This document shows, piece by piece, positions 11,901-23,900 of a stretch of DNA of 64,000 bases. Origin of the DNA: Klebsormidium nitens (taxonomy: Eukaryota; Plantae; Klebsormidiophyceae); assembly GCA_000708835.1 (NCBI GenBank), contig DF237333.1, positions 26,001 through 90,000 of the forward strand. The letters run 5' to 3'. Both the position numbers and the translations under genes were made by a program. The first letter of the stretch is position 1. Every line of letters begins with the position of its first letter. The notes below the pieces were generated by a model that saw only the letters and a program-made list of their open reading frames with translations, made no database searches and had not been told where the DNA came from.

Positions 11901-14900
11901 NNNNNGGAGGTTCAAACTTATTCGCTGCCGCGGGGCCGCCCTCCACGTGGTGCACTCCGATCAGGGCTTCCACCAGGTCCGCTAGAATTTCTGGCCCAGA
12001 ACCTGCGGCGGAACGGAAGGAAGTGGAATGGAATCGGGGCAAGACGTGAAGTTGCCTCGGCCGCGGGCCGCCTTCCACGTGGTGCACCCCGAGTAGGGCT
12101 TCCACCTTGTCCGCTAGAAGTTTCCGGCCGATCACCTGTGGCGGAACGGAACGAAGCGAAATGGAAACCAGGTGCGGAGAGAAACAGCGCCGTGTGCATG
12201 CAGTTCGATGAATCTGGAAGACCTCGACTAAGGACGTTCAAGAAGATTTTGAAGCTTTTGGCTGGAGAAGGATCTAGTTTCCGATGAAACGCAGTGACGT
12301 CTGCTCCGAATAAGGCGTCAAAGCGCTTGCCTGGCCCCCCAGAATGAAGTCTCCGAATCCCTCCCTCTGCTCCTCCCCCTTAGCCGCGCCGCCGGCCGCC
12401 TTGCCAGCCGTCCCCCCAAACCCCTGGCGGCTGTTGAGCCGCGCGCGACCGACCGCGGCCCTCCTCGCGCCGCCGAAACTCTGCCCTCCGCTGCTCCGAC
12501 TGCTCTCTCGTGCTTTTGGCTCAGTTTCCGGTGCCTTTGGACTCTTCTCCGATTTGTCTTGTTCCTCCGATTCGACCTTTTTCTCGGCGACGTTCTCAAC
12601 ATTTCCAGCCCCCACGTTGGCCGGGCTGAAGGCCTCGTTCACGCACCGCGTTCCTCCGGTTGCCGAATTAACCGAGCGGTCGCCTGTCTCTCCCGTGCCC
12701 TCTTCGGCTATCGTTTCGAGCCCGGTTGCCTTCCCCTTGGGAGCGCTCACGGCGACCGGGAACTTGGCATCGTAAGCACTGCTGGCCGCTCCCTCCTCTT
12801 CTCCGGTCGCCCCTTCCTCGTTTGCCTCTGCTTCCTCCTCGTTTTCCTCGTCCCCTTCTTCCTCCGATTCACTCCCCTCTTCGTCAACCTCTTCCTGACC
12901 TTCTTCTCCAACCCCTTCTAGACCCTCTTCCTCTTCGCTGCTCAGCTCTGCCTCCTCGATCGCGGCCTCATACTCATTCCGCGCGACACGTGCCTCGTCC
13001 TCAGCGCCGCCACGTGTCTCCTCTCCCCTGCGGGCGGCTGCCGCATCGTCCGGGTTTGCCACTGAGATCTTCTCTGTGTCCATACCCACTTTCTTGCCAT
13101 CAGAACTAACCGGCAAGCTTCTTGATTCCGCACCCGCTTTTACTACCGCCTTCGCTTGAAGTTGCGTCTCTTCTTGCTTCTGCTTCCCGTTCCCGCCCAA
13201 ATCCGGCCGCTCTTCATCGCCATTTTTACCAACCAGTACTTTTACCGTCTTCCCGTCGCTTCCGTCCTTCCTTTTCTTCGCATCCGACTCCGATTCCGTA
13301 CTTTGCTCCTCCCCATTCTTCCTCTTCTTCTCGTTCTCCGCTAGGATCTCCTTACTCGCCGCGGTTTCCCCACTCGCAGCAGTTTCTCCCACTCCATCTT
13401 TCTCCCCCACCTTCGGGACGCCGCTGGTCGTCTCGCTCCCCGCCGCGCGCGCGCGCGCCGCGGCCGCCTCCTCGCGCATCTTCTGCCACTTCTTGTACCG
13501 CGGCACGCGCTTCTTCTTCTCGCGCTTCGGCTTCCCGCGCGGCGGTGCGCGCCCGGCCGCGTGCCAGTTGCGCAGGTCGAACGCGCGCGTCAGCAGGAAC
13601 CCCTGCAAACCCCGCTCGAGCGCGCGCGCGTACAGCGCGTCGTTGGAAACCGTTGTATCGAACGTGGCGGTCAGCCAGCCCTCGTGCTGTTCTGGATGCG
13701 CGAAAAAGAGGTGGCGCCGTACAGCGAATTTGAGGTACGCGTCGCCCAGCATCTCCAGCCGCTCGTAGCTGTAGCCGGCCGCGCACGAGGTCGCCGTCAG
13801 GGCCTCCAGGATCTGCCACGTGGCACGCGGAGAGGTGTCTTGGCTGGTTTTCGTGCAGTCGTTTCAAGCAGCTTTGCGGACCGCTGGAAGGTTCAACGTC
13901 ACTCGCCCGGTCTTAAGAGCCTTCTACCAACCACGCTAACCACCCACAAAGAACTATCTTCTGTCGGGAAGGAGTTCACATAAGGCCTGCGCATACGTTA
14001 GCATCAACCGAAATGACGTTTATCTGCACCTGTTTCTGGTTTGGTCAGAATCTAACACTTGCCCGGGACAGCTCTTAGCCTCAACTCAAATCTGTCCGAT
14101 ATCTTCTGTCCCTTAAATCTCCAATGGCCCAATGGTGGCATGCACGCTGCTCCTCACCCTGCGCCGCAGCTTACCTGGACACGTCCGCGACAGCTCTTTT
14201 TAAATACCAGCTTTTTCCAATCCGCCCAAAACTTTTCCTTACAACCTTACGTGAGTTTTCTGTTGAAACCTTGATCCTCAACCGCCACCTTGGTGGCGTG
14301 CATGTTGCAACCCCGCCTTACGCCGAACTTCTTGATTTAGGTTTGCCCGAGACCCGTCTTTTCTCCTCCTACACTTCTTAAATCAATAGTTGAAACTAAA
14401 CTCAAATTTGAATGTTTTAAGTCACACCTTGGTGGCGTGCACGTTGCTCCCCGCCTTGCGCCGCAGCTTCTCCGCGAGCAGCACCTCCTCCAGGCGGTGC
14501 AGGAAGCTGGGCAGCCGCTGCGCGCCGCGGTGCGCGCGCGCGGACGAGCGTGCGCGCACCACGCACAGCTCCGCGGGGACTTCCAGCAGCCGCCGGCTCT
14601 CCTTGTCGGCGGCCGCGTCGAGCTTCTCTTCCTCCGCTTCCTGACATGGGCAGAAAAGAGCAGCAAGGAATGATGAGACGGCTGTTCGGTTTCTGCAGAG
14701 TGTTGTGTCTGGCGTTCTTGGTGTTCACTACCTTAGGCAGAAGTTAAACCTGGCCCCAAAAATGGAGACAAGGGGGGTAGACAGTCCTCCACAACGCTAA
14801 TGTGTCTGCTGGTGCTCGGTCTCATTCGAGATTCCCGTCTCTTCAGTTTATGACCGGCTAGCGCTTTACAGACACCTCAGCCATGGTGGATGGATGTTTA

Positions 14901-17900
14901 AATCGTGTTTAAAGGTCAAAGAGGCCTGGAACACTTTCAATCAGAGACAGTCAGCGGGAACAATCAGCTTTAAACCCCCCGTTGTAGAAATAGCAGTTCT
15001 TTGAACTGAGTTACCCTACCTGCTCGCTAGTGATCTCCTCTTTTTTCTCAAGCTTCGGCTTCAGCAGCGCGGCCGCCTCTGCGACGGCCTGACCCTCGTC
15101 GTAGGCCTCCTCCCGTTCCGAACCGCCGTCCGGACCATCTCCCGGGCACTCTGCTCGCGTATCATCAGCGGCCGGGGCGCTTGTCCGGGGACCGGTTTCT
15201 TCTGCCGGGGGCACGTTTGGTTTGACTGGAGAGAAAGGAAAGGCAACTTCCATTTTTAAATCGTTACTTTTGACATGCTTGCTTTCGTTTAGCACGAGCA
15301 GGGGAGTCGAGGATGCTGTCGAGACTTCATATTTTTGAGAGGGTGAGACCCGATTGAAACAATTATCTTTGTTTTGAACGCTGTTGCTCACCGTTTCGGG
15401 GCACGCCCCAGAGAATGATCTCGGATTCGCTCAGACAACAAAGGTTGTCTTGAACACATAGGGCACGGAACGTCAGCGGTTTTGAATGATCTACTAGAAG
15501 TGACCAGTTCTCAGGTCTCCGTGCAAGACTTCAACAAGACTCTCTAGTAGAACTTTCTTCATTCAGTGACTCCCACGATGAAACGTTCACAAAGGTGCTT
15601 GGGACAACTCATCGAGGTCCTGTGGAGCCCACTCATCGGAAGGTAAATCTGAATATGAAGGGGACTGAAACCTGGCAAAAACGACGTGTGTAACAAAACT
15701 GATCACCACTAAATTAAGTCTCCGCAAGATCCTCAAAAATACGGTGTCGAAACCTCACCAAAAGTCCTGCGGCGCCCACTTGGCAAACGGTTATACGGAT
15801 CTGAGAGGGTACTGAAACTCAGCGGAAAGGACGTCAGTCACAAATCTGATCACTATATTCCAAGTCTCCGTATAAGCTCCAAACATACGCTGTAGAAAGC
15901 TCACCGAGGTCCTGCGGCGCCCACTTGTAGGGGTCCCGGTGTGGGTTGAGCAGGCCCCGGGCGCGCTTCAGCGGCTTGCACTGTAACAGGGGCTGACGCG
16001 GATACGACATGGCCAGCTTGCGCCTGCGCGGGTTCGTAAGTTGCGTGAGAGTCGTTTGTAAGCCGAAGGAAATAGAAGAGATGCTTTCTATCATCAGATT
16101 TAAGAAATTGGTTCGATGACTTGGGTCGGAAGCCTCATATTACATAGCCTCGAGACGACACAAACGCAAGGATGAACGTGGTGGAGGAGATGAAGTAAGG
16201 AGCACTATACACGTGCTTGCCAAGTGTCTTCCCTGAAAATGAAGAGTCGTTTAAAAAAAGCCTTAGCCGCTTTCCGGCAACGGCGCCCTCCCTCTGGGAG
16301 ATGTACCATCACAAGGAAGCAACGTTTATTTGTACCAGCCAGTCAGTTCAAACTGATCTCATTGATCTCTTTTTGTTGAAAAGTCTCGCTTCTTCACCGC
16401 CGGATACAGTTGATACCTAACCAGAACTTTCTACCCAGCTGCATTACGAAGGACTTTGTAAGCCGGAACTTCCTGCCGACCCACTCACCTGGTGCGGTAG
16501 TACTCCGAGAAGGTCGTCCACTTGCGCCGCTCCTCCCGGTGCCGGTAGATGAACGGACTGTCCAAGCAGGTGTCCGTTAACACCCGGTACAGCCGGTAAT
16601 CTTTCTTGGTGTGAATAGCCGTCACCATCGTCTCCCCCTCCCTCAGTTCGGACACGTCCACCAGACCGTCCGCAGTCATCAGCTGTCCGGGAGCGACCCA
16701 CTCTATTCGCACCGAAGATTCCTTCTCCTCTCTTTCTGGCTCTTTCGCCTTTTCGGTGCCAGCGGAAAAGACAAACGGCGCGGGGGTTCCGCTCTCGCTT
16801 TGCACGGAAGCTTCCTCTTTCAGACGGTCGCGCAATTCCTGGCTGTCCGAAACCCCCAAACCCTCGCCCTCCGCGAGCGGCGTCGGCTCTTTCGCCGGCC
16901 GGATCGCGTCATTCACAACCGCCCAATCGATCTCCACGCCCGTCTCGTCCCCCTTATTCCCACCCGACCCTTCAGCGGGCAAATCGCTGGTGTGAACGGC
17001 CTCGGTCGCCGTTTTGGGCGGAGTTCTTTCCCTGAGCGGCAGCACGAGGTAGGCCTTTTCGGGCGACCAGTACGGCTCGACGGGCGGCGTCACGTGCTCC
17101 CAGTCCAGCACCCAGCCCATCAGCTTCACGTGGTACTGACGGGCTGCCTCCAACTGCACCGCCAGAAATTGGTCAGAGATATGGTCAAAGAGATATGGTC
17201 AAAGAGATATGGTCAAAGAGATATGGTCAGAGATAGAAAATTTGCAGCGAACAGATTGAACCGTGGAGTGTCTTGGAAATGGAAGGAGCTCATAAGTGAG
17301 AGCTTGGTGAAGAACAGCAAACAGGTTAGGCCCCAGGTATTGTCGGTTGTAAAAGGTGCAAGTGATTGGTAACAATTCTTCAACAATAGCATTCTGACAA
17401 GCTATCTACCCTGATAGAACACCGCGACCGGCGCATGCTTTATAGAAGTCGATTGCTCACCTTTCTAACACTCAAATCTTGACAACAGAAAACCACGTAA
17501 GCAAGAGAATTCCACAGCAAACAAGCAGCCCACTGCTTACATCAAGAAGCGGCAAAGCGGTGCCAACTCTTATTAAGTGTCCCACACCTGGAGTCTCCAT
17601 CTCTTAGACAGGTCCAGTTTATAGGTCCTTACCTGGCTCTTGCTCAAGTATTTACGACCGCCAAACCCTAGGTTCCCCCACACAGTCTCCACATCCTCCC
17701 CCCTCGGCATATATAGTTCCACGCTCATCGGCAAAATCGTGTCCAGGTTCTTTTCCGTCACCAGCACGAATCCGCCGGCATCCGCTTCCTCTGGATCGCC
17801 CCCCTCGCCGGACCGGAACGTGATCGAGTACGAGTGCACCGCGATCGTGTCGGGTCCCCGCAGACCCCGGGCAGAAATCGTTCCGCTTGGCTCTTCCGCT

Positions 17901-20900
17901 TCCGTGTGGCCCAGTCCTCCAGAACCAGCGGGCTTAGAATGAGCGAATTGTCCCTCCTCGTCTTTTTCAGCGGGGACCGTTTCTATTTCTGTAACTGCAA
18001 ATCCTTTCTTTACGGCGTCGTTCTTGAGGGAAGTCTCTGTCTCTTGCTCTCCCCCGGTGCTACGAACCGGTTCCTCCAAAAGCGCTTTCCGCGCGTTGAT
18101 ACCACTTTCTGCTTCCGGCGTTTCCGCTCGGGGCGGAACACCGGGCGCTGCTTTCTCGTCTTCAGCCAAGCTGGCCTTGAGCTGCATCAGGATCCGTTCA
18201 GTCTCCTCCTTTCCGTTCCGTTCAAAGACCGGAATGACGACCCCAAGCGCCTGCACTCCCCAGTCGGTCCCCCAGGTTACCTCAAACAAACCGACTTTCT
18301 TAACCTCCAATTTCGGCTCCTCTCTCTGCGCCGAGATGACTTCCGCTTCCGCTCTGCTCTCCGGCGTTCCGCTCCTGCTTTCCGTCGTTCTGCTGGAGGA
18401 AGATTCCGGCGAATTCCGGGGCATGCTCTGGCCGAGCCACTTTCCGTGCAGCAGCGTGGGGCGCTCTTCGTCGTAGACTGGCAGGTTGGGCTTGGGGGCG
18501 GGGTAATGCCAGCGGGTGAAGCGGAACGGGCGCCGCGCCGGAATCTCCTGAGCGGAACGAGGGAACCCAGTGTGAACATACCAATGGCAGTTGTGACATT
18601 AGCGAAGCGCGGGAGAAAGAGATATTTGACGCTATAGGGAGCATCCAAAAGATGAGACTCACGTTGGATTCTCTTCATCGAAATACTCCCGTCAAGAAAT
18701 CCTGGCTTGCTCTTTCTTGAAGGTTCGAGGTTTCCACTGCGGTCTATTAAGGTTTGTGTTTCAAAGCCAAACCAGAGTCGCAGTTAGGACAGGCGATGTG
18801 GCTTCTGCGGGTGAATATATAATACCTGAACCTTACCAGAGATAAGCACACTTTGAATCTTAGTAGTGGACGTTATCATCTGAAAACCAGATGAGCGTTC
18901 ACTGATCGTCTCCAAAGACTGTGTGCCAATTGATTGACAAAGTTGGCAGAACTGCGCAATCAAAGGTAAAGCGCGTGCCTTACAACTTGGCTCAGAGAGC
19001 GAGTGCTCATGTTTGCTGGATCAATATCCAGCGGTCACAACACTCGTTACTGCCCCACATTGGAATGGATTCGGAAGAAAAGCTTACGGCTTGTACAGGG
19101 TTCAGATTGGCTGCTAGCAGAAACAAAGGACTTCTTCTTATGCTCATTGAGCTCGAATGTCGCATGAACGCAAGAACTATAGCAAAGCGCTCGAAACAGA
19201 TAATCACCGATGCCCGGAACGGCAAGGTACGAGATTCCGCGAAGGAAACGGAAAGGTCCATCACGCCTGTCGCAATAATCCCGCAGCTTCTGTTCGGGTA
19301 GAAAATGCTGTTCGACTTCAAAACGTTGAGTCGACTTGGCCTTTGCCTATGCCGGAAATTCGTTGCAAAGACCGAGGCTTAAGAGCAAGGGATACGAATG
19401 GCACTGAGGACTCTGTGACTGTTCCCCGTTTGTTGCTCATCATTGCCGCTTTTCTTGCACGTCGAGAACATGTTGCAGTGGGCCCGATTACGTGAATTAG
19501 ATGGTCGTGACATTGATTGTCGGGCTACTCAGAAAGTGCTAAGAAGGGCAGCCGTGCGCTGTTTGAATACGGAACAGAATCAGATGTCTTGACAGCGGCA
19601 ATGAGCAGATGCGGTCTGCCGTGCGTTTTCTTGGAGCGCACTGTGGATTCAAAACGCGCCAACTCGACAAACTCGGAACGATATGGAGTCTGGTTTAAAG
19701 TACGGTAAGCCAAGTCTGAGCAAGCGTTAATGCAGGACTTAGGTTCAGATGAATGTTTTTGGTTTGGATTTGTCACGCAAAGATCTGCCACAAATCACTC
19801 AATGTCGAGACGAGGGGAAAGCAAGCTATTGCTCAAGAAAATTCTCAGATGTGTTCAAACCAAATGGGAAAGGTACACTCAATGATTAAAACCTGGCGGG
19901 ACAAGACAAAGGCTTCTCGTGCTTTTGAAAGTCCCCACGCTGCTGCAAAGGGCATCCAACCTCCAGTCAATCTTCACAATGGGCAGCAATCTGGTTGAAA
20001 CCTTCGGGATAAGCAGCGGAAGCGAAAATCGCAAAATAATTCAAGGCCCAAAGTAGCTGACAAATACTACTCCAGAGCTAGTTTGCTGAACTCGCGGCTC
20101 TGTAAGAAACTGTGCCATCATTTGCTCAATGTTCTTGGGAAGCCTTCACTCCCAGCAGTTTCACATCATGACCGCAAAGCGAGAGCTACAGTGGGCTCGT
20201 CATGAAACTAGAAATCAGTAAGTACATGCATCATTGGGCTCACAATATTGGCACCCTGAGTGGCACGCGGAAGTTTGAAAACGGGCAGCCAAGAAGCTTG
20301 TACTAGCCATCTGCTCGGAGCAAAATATCAGCTCATTGCAACACGTCCGGCTCAGTCGATGCACTCAAGTGATGCTGTGCCCTTTTGAAACAGAAGGCGG
20401 CCAAAGGAGGATTGAGTGCCGTTACATCAAGGCCAGACTGGAACCCCGCACTCTAAAGTCCTTCAAAAGACAGTGCAGACAGATCCGAAGAGCTCAGCCT
20501 GTGGTCCTGCCGGGCTCGAAGAGCAGCACCTCACTGCTGCCGGTACGCGGTCCAGTCAGCAGGCGCATCACTCATTTTTGCCCCAAACCTTGCAGAGGCT
20601 CAACTGGTATGTCTACAAGATTCTGTTGAGGAACCGTTCAGTTTCCAACTCGCGCGGTTTTTATCGAGGTCCACGTCATGAACTATACTTGATCGCATTC
20701 CTCACAACGTGTCCGTAACAAGTCAATGTAAACACCCATTCCCTTTGCGGCTCTGAGGCAATGCTGGGAAGTGATGGATCGCTAGGCTTGTTTCAAGCGA
20801 TCGCCGTCATCCTGGCCGCCGCGACTTTGACCAAGACCGCAAGAAAGAAGTGCAGAATGAGCTCTTAATTCAAGGCTAGTTGCATGCTTCCAGGCGGAGC

Positions 20901-23900
20901 GGTTCGCTGGAATGCACCATGAACGGGGCTATACTGAACACTCCTACCTTGTGCTCTCTCTTCCACGCCAAGAACATGATTGTGAACAGCGCAAAGCGTT
21001 CTGTGGTGCGTGACAATGCCACTGCTCAGCCCAGCCAGACTTGGAAGGCTTTGAACTTCAGCGTGAAAGTAACGTCCAGAATACCGCAATAGCAGATCGC
21101 GATTCACGACAACCTGCTGCCTTTTACGCAGGAAGCCAAATGATATTTTGAATTTCGAACTTTTGACGAAAACACTAATCCCGCCTGCGTTCAAAACTGC
21201 GAAAAGCGCAAAAGCGAGGCAAGGAATGGTAATCGTACTTGCCTAACCTCTTCCTCCAAGATCTGGAAAACGTGATTGATTTTACCCAGTTGACCTGGCT
21301 TTCCACGGTAACATTAGCCAGCTTCTAGAACCCAAAAACAAGCTATACATTTACAGGGCCTCACCTCGTCCTCCATCTTGGTACTGGGCAGCAGCCGGTC
21401 GGTGAGGGCCCTGTATTTGTGCAGCTGCCGGATCGCCTCCATCGCGGCCGCGCGCTTCGCCTCCGGCCGCGACGCGCGCGCGGGGCCTTCCACCGTGCGG
21501 ATGCGCGCGTTGATGGGCAGGGTGATGGTGCACGAGAAGCGCCCGGGGGATCCCTCGGGGAACTCGAACAGGGGGCGCAGGACGGTGAACCTGGCGGGGA
21601 GGAACTGCGCGTTAGAGTAGCAGTCAGGCGCCTGATGCGAGAAAGGACTCTGCGCAAATGTCCAGTTGAACTTCTCTTCTCAAGGAAAGAACAACACCTA
21701 AAGATGCTTCGGACTAATTCAAAAGCTGCTGACTTCACAAATGAGATGAGAGCAAGGCAAGGAGCCAGACAAATGGAGAGGGCGGGCTCATGAAGTGATC
21801 AAAGCGACCAAGCTATCCGTAGATAAGAAGGAAAGCTGTGCAAAAATGGATACGAAGATTGTGCGACGGGTTTACAAAGGCGCTACCTTAGAGGCACTTT
21901 AAAGAAGGAAATAGGCCACAGGTTGGAAGTTTTTCGGCAAGACAAACCCAAACACAGCTGTTGCAATCGGCTGACTGATACACCAGCCCGAAGCTTGATA
22001 TTCCGAAGAAAGAAACATCCCGTACTTTTCAACAGATTTTCAGTCGACTCTCATTACACTTACTGGTCTCCCGGCAGCTTGGCGCAGTAGCGGTGCAGCA
22101 GCCCGACCGCGGAGTCGCTGCTCGCGCGCGCTCCGGTTCCGTCCACGACGTACACTTCCGGTTCCGCTTCCGGCGCCTCCAGGCAGCTCTCGATGTCCTC
22201 CCGCGCCATCCGGTCCTCCGCCTGCTGCCGCATTAGGGCCTCGCTGGCTTGAATGGCCACCAGCATCGCCTCTTGCGCGTCGTTGTGCCTGCGCAAAACA
22301 GGGCCTCTCGGGGTGATCCTTCTGGTGACCCGTTATAGAGCACGGGGCGGAGAGGAAGCGGTTTGCCTACGTCGTAAGTCTCTCTGATAAAGTCTGCTCT
22401 ATTTCTCATCTGAGGGAACTCATGGACTGTTTCGGGACATGAGCCTGTCCGAGTCGAGAAACTCCCGAGTCAAGAAGACGAGCAAAGCAGCCGTTGAGAT
22501 TCGCGATATTCAGCCGGCAAGCGTCACCAATACACATGCCTGGCACGACCATCATACGATGCCAAATCTGCAAACGATCTCGCGCATACTTCAGCCGTCG
22601 CTCACCTCTCCACCATGAGAACGTAGTCCGACCCCGGGCGCCGCGCGCGGCCGCGCGACTGGATGTGGCCGCGCACAGTGGTCGGCAAGTCGAAGCGAAT
22701 CTGCAACACAAGATGTCGAGTTCTGAACCCTGCCAAATTCTTGCAATCACGCGGGCACATCGTTCTGAACAAGGCGCACCTGGGCTCCACCCCGGAGCCA
22801 AACCGGGGCCGGACGTGAGCAAGTTGCTTGGAAAAGTGGGGCGCGCTAGGCCCGGCCAGTTCGAGCCCAGTTTGCTTGCCCGGAGCGAGGTGCTCCAGCT
22901 CTGCCCCGGTTTGACTCCGGTTCGCAGCCAAGACGCCCTGAAACCCATCCCTCGTCTTTGTGACCCTCAAGAAAGCCTGTCCTTAGTCTTGCACGTCCAT
23001 GCAGAAGCAGACGTGTTTTGCAGACTTCACCGCTGTTTCCAAAAGCTGATTGTGGCCCGCATAAACGATATTCACATTGGAGTCTAAAGCAATCGCTTCC
23101 TCACCACGGAGTTGCAGCGCTGGATGTCGAGCCCCTCCTCCGCCACGTCCGTCGCGAAGAGCAGGGACACGTGGCCCGTCTGGAACCGTGCGATGATGCG
23201 CTGCTGCTCGTGGCTGTTCATGCTGCCCGCGCGCACGAGCGCGTCCAGCTGCGCGTCCGTCGGCGCCACGCCCACCTGCGCCTTCACGTTGCGGGACCAC
23301 TGCGAAAGAGATGAGAGGTCTGAAACGACGACGAGAAGAGCACATACGTGCTCCGAAAGTGGAGAGCTTGAGCCTGATGTTCAACTCCGTGATCTTTTGA
23401 GGTTAGAGATGCTGGTTGATACGGATTGCCTTCAGGGGGGCATTGAACAGCAACGAGGAGAATTAGTGCACCTTAAGTAGAGGGCGTGACCTCTGGCTTG
23501 AGATTGCAACTTTGTCAAGTGGACCGTCTTCAAATTAGTCAGGGCTGTTTGACTTTTCCCTCCTGTAACTGTTTTTGTTTCTTTGAGGCGGCGCCTCTGT
23601 CTACGAGGTACTCAGTTTTTGGCCTTCACAAACTAGAGCACCTTGTGAAGAATTGGCTGTACATGCACGCAGAAAGGAGCCGTCTTTAATCCCTGGCGTC
23701 AGACGACAGAACGTCTGAGCCTATGCTCAGACCTTGTGTCTTTCTTGCCACAGGAGAACTCGTCGCGCCCCTAAGAATGTTTGCGTCGTGTGACAATAAC
23801 AAAGGCTTCCCCCGAGCACGTTAACAAATCGGAAAAATCCTGTTGACAAGGCCACGTCCGTAGAACTGCAAGCTCTCGAAGCAGAAGAATATTCTGCCTG

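Noticed and set aside
10843-12135. ORFs of 240-430 aa containing X runs
   Set aside because: Artefacts of translating through the N gap.
12344-13983. Multiple long plus-strand ORFs (also 16611-17372, 17834-18637, 36908-37798)
   Set aside because: Antisense shadows of GC-rich Dicer exons.
15600-15930. Regularly spaced repeats suggesting a CRISPR array (also 38283-38800)
   Set aside because: Eukaryotic context, whole units are homologous with no unique spacers, and no cas genes; these are exon-edge duplications.
17728-17746. Position homologous to the land-plant miR162 target site in DCL1 (NLDTILPM)
   Set aside because: Nucleotide sequence is too divergent from the miR162 complement as I recall it.
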